Shown here in pieces: positions 8,315 to 16,140 of a stretch of DNA of 22,115 bases. The position numbers were made by a program, and so were the translations under genes. Under the pieces are notes generated by a model. That model had not been told where the DNA came from and made no database searches. It saw only the letters and a program-made list of their open reading frames with translations. Source of the stretch: Pseudomonadota bacterium (lineage in GTDB: Bacteria > Bdellovibrionota_B > Oligoflexia > Oligoflexales > CAIMVM01); contig JBAXBA010000064.1 of assembly GCA_037142195.1 (NCBI GenBank), positions 1 to 22,115 of the forward strand, in the 5' to 3' direction. Numbering within the stretch: position 1 is the stretch's first letter; every line of letters begins with the position of its first letter.

Positions 8315-9906
8315 TATGATTGATCCGGGCGGGTGTTCCGAGAGGAAATTTTGCCTACTTTTAAGAGTTTGCTCTGGTTTTTGTAATAGTCTGCAACCTC
8401 AACAACCAAAGGGCGGTCGCTTGGGACTTTGTCTTTGATTTCAAAGATTTTTCTAGCGATGTCATTGTAGGGCACTTCTAAATGACTTTGCTTCAATATC
8501 ATAGTTATGTAGCGAATGGTTCGGTCAATCAGTTTGTAGTTTGAGGATCTTACCCATGTCATGACGTTGCCATCATATCGAGACATTCGTCCCATAATGG
8601 AAGTGGAAAGACAGTTGAGCATGATTTTTAAGAATAGATGTTGCTCTAGAAAATCAAGATCTGAAATGTCTAACTGATGGGATTGATCATCAAGCTTAAA
8701 TTCGATTCTATTTTCGTTAGGACGTATAGTAAAGAAGTGAGACTTCTTTTGATGCCATATCCCCCTTTCTTCCACTATTTTGCTACTAAAGTCAAAGCCC
8801 ATGAGTCTGTCTTGATTTGTCCTGTCGGTGACTTCTGACCAATGAAAAGTCCTGGGTGCTCTTTGTAGGAGGTCGAACCAAGCATTTTCTGCGTTGTCTG
8901 CTCTATTGAAAAGCAGATAACAGAGGCTGGGATTTTTTTTGATATCATGCTTATTCTCGAAAGGGTGAAGGCTAAATGTTGGCGAACGTTCTGTTGTATC
9001 CGTGAGGATAGTGATTCCAAAATCAGAAGTTGTGTCATAGAAAACGAGTTCGCCTTTCTGGTAGATTTCGGCTTCTTTTATGACAAATGCCTCTAGAAAA
9101 TTAAGGGGCGTGGTCTCTAGCTTTTTTATAAATTTTAGCGCTCTTTTTTCAATGTTCGAGAAACTCTTTCCGTGCTCGTCGAGGCAAAGTCCAATGGCAT
9201 ACATAAGGGCGGTCGATGCCTGCATGCGGGTGCTTCCGGTAATCGCCATGGGACCCACCGTCAGATTTATTTTTTCGATTTCAGGATTCTGAATAATCTG
9301 ACGTGAACGAATGATGCTTTCTGTCAAAAGTTCGTCTGGGTTGCAGTACATGAAAAAAGGCTTTCGCTTGGATATCTTTGACGCTTCTTCTGCAGCCCCA
9401 ATTACAAACGGGGTTTCTCCCCCTTCGCTTGACCCAATGAACAGGTCATTCTCCCCGAATCCTAACTCTCTGAGCTGTCTAGCGCCGTACTCGGGAAAGT
9501 CTTCAAACTTTTCGATGGAGGCGATGAGTGCGACGTCTCCTCCTGCCATAAAACCAATAACTCGGTCTTTAAGTGGAGAGGACTTGTGATTCCACCGCCA
9601 AATAAACTCACATACCAAAGAAAGTCGCCCTGTTGCGCCGCAACCGCCAAGATAGATATTTCCGCCATGGGATAGAGTGTCGTGGACGGCCCGGTGAAGT
9701 TTTTGTAGTTGCGGAATGCTTTCCTTAAACATCCCTAAAGCCAGGAGGTCCACTTTTTTGAGAGTCTGGATGGCTTTTGGAACATCATTTTGAGTTAGAG
9801 AAGAAAGGTCTACAGTTGCCGGATGAGGGGATTCTGTAAGAAGATTTCCTAACTGAAACTGGTTTTTTACTTTTAAAAATTCTTCCACGTTGTTTTCATA
9901 GCTCAT
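8314..9906 (-). CDS. SIS-domain protein of the MurQ / glucokinase-regulatory-protein (GCKR) family, long form
   Basis: TESPHP, GCGATGRL, MAGGDVALIASIEKFED, GETPFVIG, VGPMAITGSTRMQ and C-terminal KIMLNCLST...GNVM...SNYKLIDR. 530 aa versus about 300 aa for canonical MurQ. Confidence 0.85.
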   Translation of the reverse strand: MSYENNVEEFLKVKNQFQLGNLLTESPHPATVDLSSLTQNDVPKAIQTLKKVDLLALGMFKESIPQLQKLHRAVHDTLSHGGNIYLGGCGATGRLSLVCEFIWRWNHKSSPLKDRVIGFMAGGDVALIASIEKFEDFPEYGARQLRELGFGENDLFIGSSEGGETPFVIGAAEEASKISKRKPFFMYCNPDELLTESIIRSRQIIQNPEIEKINLTVGPMAITGSTRMQASTALMYAIGLCLDEHGKSFSNIEKRALKFIKKLETTPLNFLEAFVIKEAEIYQKGELVFYDTTSDFGITILTDTTERSPTFSLHPFENKHDIKKNPSLCYLLFNRADNAENAWFDLLQRAPRTFHWSEVTDRTNQDRLMGFDFSSKIVEERGIWHQKKSHFFTIRPNENRIEFKLDDQSHQLDISDLDFLEQHLFLKIMLNCLSTSIMGRMSRYDGNVMTWVRSSNYKLIDRTIRYITMILKQSHLEVPYNDIARKIFEIKDKVPSDRPLVVEVADYYKNQSKLLKVGKISSRNTRPDQS

Positions 9907-10583
9907 TAGAATGGTCTTTCTGAAGGGTTGTTTTTTCTATGTTCCAGATACTTGCGAAGCCATTCGTAATTTTTTGTGACGGGGAGTTTGAAGTCTGGTT
10001 CAGTGAGAAAATTGTAGATCGCGTTTACTTCTTTCTGGTCGGCTTTGATAAATCCATCTTCATGACGAGCGGGAAGCATGTTGATGAATCTCATAGTTTC
10101 CGAACCATAAACGTCGGCAAGAATCTTGGTTCTTAGCTCAAATTGCGCCGCTGTGAGTGGAAAGATTCTTTCAGGAAATGTATTATAGGCTGCTAAGTAA
10201 ACCGGGACTTTTTGGTGATAGAAATTGGAAACTATAAAGCAAACATCTTGATGATGGGGATGCATATATTCCCCAATAGGGCCATGAGTGTAGACTTCTG
10301 AGGGGAGATCACACTCAGAGAGTTTCGCCTGCAAGATTGTGGGATCTAGTCTTTTTTCGTAGATATCAGGAAGGCCAAGCCAATGGCTTTTTTCGACTCC
10401 TAACATGTCACAGGCGTTTTCAAATTGCTTTTGACGTCGAATTCCATCTCCATCGGCATTTCCGTCTGTTACACAAGCGACGTGCCAGGGTCCAAGGGTT
10501 CGGTCCATAAGGGCGCCCATAAAGAAAAGGCTTTCATCATCGGGATGGGCAACGACCAATAGTCTTTTTTTCGAAATGGACAT
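9906..10583 (-). CDS. PIG-L/LmbE family N-acetyl-sugar deacetylase
   Basis: VVAHPDDE and GEYMHPHH metal-binding motifs, plus VTDG. Confidence 0.88.
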   Translation of the reverse strand: MSISKKRLLVVAHPDDESLFFMGALMDRTLGPWHVACVTDGNADGDGIRRQKQFENACDMLGVEKSHWLGLPDIYEKRLDPTILQAKLSECDLPSEVYTHGPIGEYMHPHHQDVCFIVSNFYHQKVPVYLAAYNTFPERIFPLTAAQFELRTKILADVYGSETMRFINMLPARHEDGFIKADQKEVNAIYNFLTEPDFKLPVTKNYEWLRKYLEHRKNNPSERPF

Positions 10584-10588
10584 GGTGT

Positions 10589-10628
10589 ATTATACCTTGG
10601 ATGTAAGTTAATCTTCAGATGGTAATAT
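10589..10628. promoter_or_regulatory. Back-to-back -10 elements positioned for leaderless transcripts
   Basis: Minus strand TATAAT at 10594-10589, 5 nt before the PIG-L ATG. Plus strand TGgTAATAT at 10620-10628, 6 nt before the nagB ATG. No Shine-Dalgarno before either gene. Confidence 0.55.
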
Positions 10629-10634
10629 TGAAAC

Positions 10635-11330
10635 ATGGAAACGATTCTCTGTAAAGATTCCAGTCATGCTGCTCGGACCTTACATGATTGGCTAGAAAAG
10701 GCCGTTGCGTCAACGAACGCAAAGAGTGTATTTCTCCCAGCAGGAAATACTCCTATTCCCTTGTATCGGTATTGGGAGAAGGTACGGCCCAAGTTTTTGG
10801 AGGGCCTAAAGTTCATCCAAGTCGATGATATTCTAGCCGGAGAGCGTCGGGGCTATTTTAAGAATTTTTTTATGGAGCATCTTCCGTCATACAAAGATCA
10901 ATTTGTATGGATTGATGCCGAAGTGGGAGCTAGCGACTTCGAAGGGAATCGTCAGGTAGCGGACCTTGCCATACTAGGACTAGGTATCAATGGCCATGTG
11001 GCTTTTCATGAGCCTTTCGTGCCAGCGGAGTTTACTTTCGGATGCGTCGCCTTAGCTAAAGGGACTTGTGAAAGTTTAGGGATACCAGAGGGTACATGGG
11101 GGATTACCTACGGTTTAGGACATTTTTTAGAAGCTAAAAAGATTGCTATAATAGCTACAGGACGTAGTAAGGCCCAAATGGTAGCTAAGATTTTGGCAAG
11201 GGACCGATCGATTCCTGCAGGATGGATGATGGACCATGACGATTTTACTTTGGTTGCCGATGAGGAGGCGTTCCCAGGGGGATCTCAAGATTTCAGGGTG
11301 TCTCGAGCTGCTGATTTCCATCTTTTCTAG
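10635..11330 (+). CDS. nagB: Glucosamine-6-phosphate deaminase (NagB/6PGL family)
   Basis: LPAGNTPIPLY, LAILGLGINGHVAFHEP, GITYGL, ATGRSKA and IPAGWM..H motifs. Confidence 0.8.
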   Translation: METILCKDSSHAARTLHDWLEKAVASTNAKSVFLPAGNTPIPLYRYWEKVRPKFLEGLKFIQVDDILAGERRGYFKNFFMEHLPSYKDQFVWIDAEVGASDFEGNRQVADLAILGLGINGHVAFHEPFVPAEFTFGCVALAKGTCESLGIPEGTWGITYGLGHFLEAKKIAIIATGRSKAQMVAKILARDRSIPAGWMMDHDDFTLVADEEAFPGGSQDFRVSRAADFHLF

Positions 11331-11383
11331 AATCCTTCCTGGCTCTTGCAGATCCTTTTTGTATTCCACAGATTGAGGTTAAA

Positions 11384-12268
11384 ATGCGTGTTAAAAAAGC
11401 CATTATCCCCGTAGCAGGCAAAGGCACCAGGTTTCTTCCAGCTACCAAGCAAACCCCGAAAGAAATGCTGCCGATCATTAATCGGCCCATGATTGACTAT
11501 GCGGTCGATGAGGCGATTCGTTCAGGGATTGAGCAGATTGTTTTTATTACAGCAAGTGGTAAAGAAATGATCGAAAATTACTTTGATCGCAATTTTGAAT
11601 TAGAGGCTTACTTAGAGAAAAAGGGTCAGCTCGACTATCTAAATTTAGTGAGAAATATTGGCTCTAAGGTAGATATCTATACGGTGCGCCAGAAGGAGCA
11701 GTTAGGTTTAGGTCACGCCATTTCTTGCGCTAGGCCCTTTATTGGGGAAGGTGAGAGCTTTGCGATTATTTTGGCAGATGATTTGGTGCTGCATCCTAAA
11801 CCCGTAACTGCTCAGCTTTTGGATGTTCTAGATAGCCATCCAGGGGCTTCGGTGATCGGCGTCATGGAGGTAGACCAGAAAGACACCTACAAATATGGTA
11901 TTGTGGCTGGTGACTATTTGGACTCTTCTAAACGTCTTCTTAAAATGAGTGGCATGGTGGAAAAGCCCAAGCCTCAGGAAGCGCCGACCAATCTCGCCAC
12001 TCCAGGCAGATATATTTTGAACAGTAACATTTTCGGTTGTTTGGAGCGCATTTCTAAAGGTGCCGGCGGGGAATATCAGCTCACAGATGCGATCGGGCTC
12101 TATCTCGCGGATCATCCGACTTTGGCCTATAAGTTTGATGGAGTTCGCTATGACACGGGTAATGTACCTGGATATCTAGCAGCAACCATTGATTTTGCTT
12201 TAGCGGATCCGGCAACGAGAGATGTTATGATTCAAATCATTAAGGCCAAGAGTAAGGAGTTAGTTTGA
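11384..12268 (+). CDS. galU: UTP--glucose-1-phosphate uridylyltransferase
   Basis: KAIIPVAGKGTRFLPATK..PKEMLPI, RQKEQLGLGHA, VEKP and GEYQLTDA; GAGG RBS. Confidence 0.96.
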   Translation: MRVKKAIIPVAGKGTRFLPATKQTPKEMLPIINRPMIDYAVDEAIRSGIEQIVFITASGKEMIENYFDRNFELEAYLEKKGQLDYLNLVRNIGSKVDIYTVRQKEQLGLGHAISCARPFIGEGESFAIILADDLVLHPKPVTAQLLDVLDSHPGASVIGVMEVDQKDTYKYGIVAGDYLDSSKRLLKMSGMVEKPKPQEAPTNLATPGRYILNSNIFGCLERISKGAGGEYQLTDAIGLYLADHPTLAYKFDGVRYDTGNVPGYLAATIDFALADPATRDVMIQIIKAKSKELV

Positions 12269-12609
12269 AACTCGTCGTCATTGATGATGAAGAATTTTTT
12301 AGAAATGCTTGGCATGAGCTCTTGGGAAGTGACGTGGAGGTATTATCTTACGAAGATCCTTCTGTGCTGGCTTCCGATGTGCTTTCCGGAGTTCTTGACG
12401 TAGGCCAGATTGATGTGATTATCTCAGACTTCTATTTTAAGCGAAATGATTTAACTAGCATGAAGCTTCCCAGTTTTCTAAAAAGTCATGGTTATTTAGG
12501 CAAAATTTGGTTGGCAACGAATGCTCAAGATATTGAAATTCCCGAAGGAGTCAGCGGCAAAATAGCCAAAGTACCTTGCGATTTTAGAGCGTTAAAAAAT
12601 TTAATTTAA
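12265..12609 (+). CDS. Stand-alone CheY-like response regulator receiver
   Basis: VVIDDE acidic pocket, IISD phospho-acceptor, LAT and conserved K (IAKVP). TTG start overlaps the galU stop. Confidence 0.75.
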   Translation: MKLVVIDDEEFFRNAWHELLGSDVEVLSYEDPSVLASDVLSGVLDVGQIDVIISDFYFKRNDLTSMKLPSFLKSHGYLGKIWLATNAQDIEIPEGVSGKIAKVPCDFRALKNLI

Positions 12610-14510
12610 TGGGTTCTATGATACATATAAAAACTCAGGCAGATCACGACAAGTACACAAAAATGGCGAAAAGCGATAGGGATGGCTTTTGGCGAGAAGC
12701 TTCTTCTTCGTTCTTTTGGCGCAAAGCCCCCAAGCTAGTCTCTCAAGGTAAACTTGGTGAAAAAGTGACTTGGTTTGAAGATTCCGTATTAAATCTTTCT
12801 GAAAACTGCCTCGATCGCCATATGGCGTCCAAGGCCGATCAAGTAGCTCTGATTTGGGAACCCAACAGCCCTGATGACCCCAGCCGAAGTTTTACTTTCC
12901 GCGAACTCAAACGTGAAGTTGAGGTATTTGCCAATACCCTTAAAAAATTGGGAGTTAAGAAGGGTGATCGCGTTGTCATTTATATGGCGATGATTCCCGA
13001 GCTCATGTTTAGTGTTTTAGCCTGTGCGCGTTTAGGTGCTGTGCACTGCGTAGTGTTTGCTGGTTTTTCAGCTAAATCTCTATCGGCGAGAATTGAGGAT
13101 TCTGGATCTGATTTTATAATTATAAGTAGTGGCGCTGCAAGGGGAGCTAAGTGCATTCCCCTTAAAGGGATTGTGGATGAAGCTTTGATGATGTCTCCGA
13201 GAGTCCAAACATGTCTCGTTATAAAACATACAGAAGAACCTCTATCGATGAACGTACCTCGTGATGTTTGGTATCATGAGGCATCTCACGGCGTATCTGA
13301 TTCTTGTGAAGCGGTTTCTGTTGGCGGTGAAGATCCGCTTTTTATTCTATATACCTCCGGATCGACCGGGAAGCCTAAAGGGCTCCTTCATACCACGGCT
13401 GGTTATATGGTTTATGCGGAATACACCTTTAGAAATGTATTCCAAATGCAACAAGGAGATCTTTTTTGGTGCACAGCCGATCTAGGCTGGATCACGGGAC
13501 ACACTTATCTCACCTATGGCCCGCTTTTGAGCGGGGCCACCACATTGATGTTTGAAGGAATTCCAACTTGGCCCGATGCTTCGAGATTTTGGCGCGTCAT
13601 AGATCGTCACCAGGTCACTCACTTCTATACAGCTCCCACGGCTATCCGGACTCTAGAAGCTTTTGGGCTCAGCCCTTTTACGGGTAGGTCTTTGGATTCC
13701 CTTAAAGTTTTGGGGAGTGTCGGCGAGCCCATTAATGAAGAGGCTTGGCAGTGGTATTTTGAAAATGTCGGGCGATCAAGGGTGCCGATTGTGGATACTT
13801 GGTGGCAAACCGAGACAGGGGGGATCATGATTTCCACTCTTGCTGGTGTAACTCCAGCTATTCCTACTTTTGCGACACTTCCTCTTCCAGGAGTGGAGCC
13901 AGTGCTTTTGAACAGCGATGGGAAAGAAGTGACGACGAAAGCAGGCGAAGGGGCTTTGTGTATTAAAGAGCCATGGCCAGGAATGGCAAGGACTGTTTTT
14001 GGTGACTGGCAAAGATATCAAGACACGTATTTAAAGGCCTATCCTGGCTACTACTTTACCGGTGATGGCTCTAAGCGCGACGATCAGGGCAATTACAGAA
14101 TTACAGGCAGGATTGATGACATCATCATCGTGTCAGGGCACAATATAGGCACCGCTGAGGTAGAGGATGCTTTGGACCTTCACCCCAGTGTGGTGGAATC
14201 CGCAGTCGTTGGGTATTCTCATCCGGTGAAGGGGCAGGGAATTCATGGCTTTTTAATTTGTTCCGACCCCAACGTAGATCGCGATAAGCTTAAGAGTGAG
14301 CTTCTCACATTGGTGACTCGTGAGCTTGGCCCTATTGCAAAACCCGAGCGTTTTCAGGTGGTCGCAGGATTGCCAAAGACTCGATCAGGAAAAATCATGC
14401 GCCGCATATTGCGCAAAATAGCAGAAGCCGAAACCAAAGACTTTGGAGATATCTCCACTTTGCTGAATCCTGAGATCGTCGACCAAATTTTAAAGGCTGA
14501 GATTTTTTAG
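12609..14510 (+). CDS. acs: Acetyl-CoA synthetase (AMP-forming)
   Basis: YTSGSTGKPKG, CTADLGWITGH, VDTWWQTETGG, GRIDD and PKTRSGKIMRRILR. Confidence 0.96.
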   Translation: MGSMIHIKTQADHDKYTKMAKSDRDGFWREASSSFFWRKAPKLVSQGKLGEKVTWFEDSVLNLSENCLDRHMASKADQVALIWEPNSPDDPSRSFTFRELKREVEVFANTLKKLGVKKGDRVVIYMAMIPELMFSVLACARLGAVHCVVFAGFSAKSLSARIEDSGSDFIIISSGAARGAKCIPLKGIVDEALMMSPRVQTCLVIKHTEEPLSMNVPRDVWYHEASHGVSDSCEAVSVGGEDPLFILYTSGSTGKPKGLLHTTAGYMVYAEYTFRNVFQMQQGDLFWCTADLGWITGHTYLTYGPLLSGATTLMFEGIPTWPDASRFWRVIDRHQVTHFYTAPTAIRTLEAFGLSPFTGRSLDSLKVLGSVGEPINEEAWQWYFENVGRSRVPIVDTWWQTETGGIMISTLAGVTPAIPTFATLPLPGVEPVLLNSDGKEVTTKAGEGALCIKEPWPGMARTVFGDWQRYQDTYLKAYPGYYFTGDGSKRDDQGNYRITGRIDDIIIVSGHNIGTAEVEDALDLHPSVVESAVVGYSHPVKGQGIHGFLICSDPNVDRDKLKSELLTLVTRELGPIAKPERFQVVAGLPKTRSGKIMRRILRKIAEAETKDFGDISTLLNPEIVDQILKAEIF

Positions 14511-14554
14511 CTTCCGTTTTCGGAAATCTCTTTTCTTCTTTAAACAAAATCGCA

Positions 14555-14582
14555 AAGGCTCTTGATCGAGCCTTAGTTTTTT
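14555..14582 (+). terminator. Intrinsic terminator after acs
   Basis: AAGGCTC-TTGATC-GAGCCTT hairpin followed by AGTTTTTT. Confidence 0.6.
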
Positions 14583-14619
14583 ATGGGAATGGAAAGTTGT
14601 AAATCGTAGCAGCCTGAAG

Positions 14620-14995
14620 TTATCCACAGGACTACATTATTATACCCACTGATGGGTGCTGTCTTCTTTCAATGCGTCTCTTAAATCGGAATCTTTCAAG
14701 GAAGTGGGGCTCCAATTTGAAGCTTTGAAACTCCATTTTTCCTCAGTTTGAGATTACAGGAAAGATTTATCGCAGTAGTTTAGGTAACTTATGGGTTTCC
14801 CCAAAAGGTCTCTGAAAAAGTGTAATAATAGAGAAGGGTGGAGTTGTATCTCGAAACAGGCTGTGGATAACATCGTTTCCTGTGCGCAGCCCTGTGGATA
14901 ATGATGTGGATACTTTTATTCCATCTCATCCGAGCGAAGCAAAACAAAAATTACAAATCAATTTATCGTTCGTTTTCTTCCAACTTTTATTCACA
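14620..14995. other. DnaA-box cluster (candidate oriC or datA/DARS-like locus)
   Basis: Perfect TTATCCACA at 14620-14628 (+), 14862-14870 (-) and 14893-14901 (-). TTATTCACA at 14987-14995 (+). One-mismatch boxes at 14640-14648, 14737-14745, 14811-14819 and 14905-14913. IHF-like AATCAATTTATCG at 14956-14968. Confidence 0.75.
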
Positions 14996-15058
14996 AATCA
15001 TTTAACGAATATCGTCTGAATGGGATACAGGAATCGAATTTTTTCTGCAAGTAAAAAG

Positions 15059-16039
15059 TTACGGCATACCAAACTTTATTTCGGAAGGTGAATTGGTTGA
15101 AATTTTAAGCACCGATTGTCTTTCTTCACCTTTAGAGTTTTCGACTTTCAATATATGAGTCCCAAAAGGCAACATCAGTTTTACTTTTTGGGCGTGGGCT
15201 TTCACATCTCCATTTACATAAACCAGCGACTGATCCGCAAACGATAGATTGACACTTGCTGCGCCAGAGGAAAGCTCAGAAGGTAGTTTTGGTAGTTCAT
15301 CTAGAAAACAACAATGAAGAGTTTCAAATCCGTCTTTGAGTTTAGTTTGTCTTACAGCCGCAAAACATCGAATCTGAATTCTATTTTTTCCCCAGCGCAA
15401 GGTCGTTTGGAGGTAAATCAGAATGGGTGGTGGTTCATTGGTATGAATCCGCTTGATACCTAGGCCACCCTTGGACAGAGTTACGATTTCACCATTGGTT
15501 TGCGTTTTAATATCAAAAAAGGGAGCAGATTTATCAGTCCCACGGTAGACCAATCTATCATTCCATATGGTGGTGACTCCTTTTTCAGCGGAATAGAAAC
15601 TATTGCGTTCTAGGACAAGTTCACCTGTCAGTATTTTAGCTGTAACGGCCTGGGGTACTTTATATACTGTGCATGGACTCTCTAATTGACGCCTTTCATG
15701 AAAGCGAGTCGGCGCACTCTGGAGTATCAGAGTATTGCCAAAAGCTTCCTTTACTACGACCTGTGTGGTGATAAAAGGTTTCGTTAAAAATGCGATTACA
15801 AGGCTTTGTTTGTACTCAAAGCCTCTAGGCATGGCCCTGACATGGACTTGGAGGTCTCCGTTTACAAGTTTCGCAAAACCATCGAGGTTGGTTCCTGATC
15901 GGGACAGAACCTTAACATTTAAGCCGATGGTGAGCAGGAGTTTAAAGGCTGGATCATCAAGCATAATATCTAAGGAAAGCTGTCTCGCCTTGGGTCTGAC
16001 CAAATTTCCTAAATCTTGCGGGGGAAATGTTTTTTTCAT
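15059..16039 (-). CDS. Hypothetical PilZ-like (YcgR-type) protein with a C-terminal PEGA-like segment
   Basis: RFHERR (RxxxR) and a distant TLSKGG (degenerate D/NxSxxG); C-terminal LVYVNG...LPFGTHILKVE; AGAGGA RBS. Confidence 0.65.
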   Translation of the reverse strand: MKKTFPPQDLGNLVRPKARQLSLDIMLDDPAFKLLLTIGLNVKVLSRSGTNLDGFAKLVNGDLQVHVRAMPRGFEYKQSLVIAFLTKPFITTQVVVKEAFGNTLILQSAPTRFHERRQLESPCTVYKVPQAVTAKILTGELVLERNSFYSAEKGVTTIWNDRLVYRGTDKSAPFFDIKTQTNGEIVTLSKGGLGIKRIHTNEPPPILIYLQTTLRWGKNRIQIRCFAAVRQTKLKDGFETLHCCFLDELPKLPSELSSGAASVNLSFADQSLVYVNGDVKAHAQKVKLMLPFGTHILKVENSKGEERQSVLKISTNSPSEIKFGMP

Positions 16040-16080
16040 AACCGTCCTCTAACTAAAGACATCCTTAGCCCATAGTTTGA

Positions 16081-16107
16081 GGATCGGCAGCTCCACTCAT
16101 AAATCTA
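16081..16107 (-). promoter_or_regulatory. Sigma28 (FliA)-like promoter
   Basis: TAGA-N15-GCCGATCC versus consensus TAAA-N15-GCCGATAA, about 40 nt upstream of the PilZ-like gene. Confidence 0.5.
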
Positions 16108-16140
16108 AATATAAATATAAATGTCATTATTTATAGACAG

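Noticed and set aside
14511..15058. dif/terminus site suggested by convergent gene orientation
   Set aside because: No XerC/XerD dif-like 28-mer was recognised; the motifs present are DnaA boxes.
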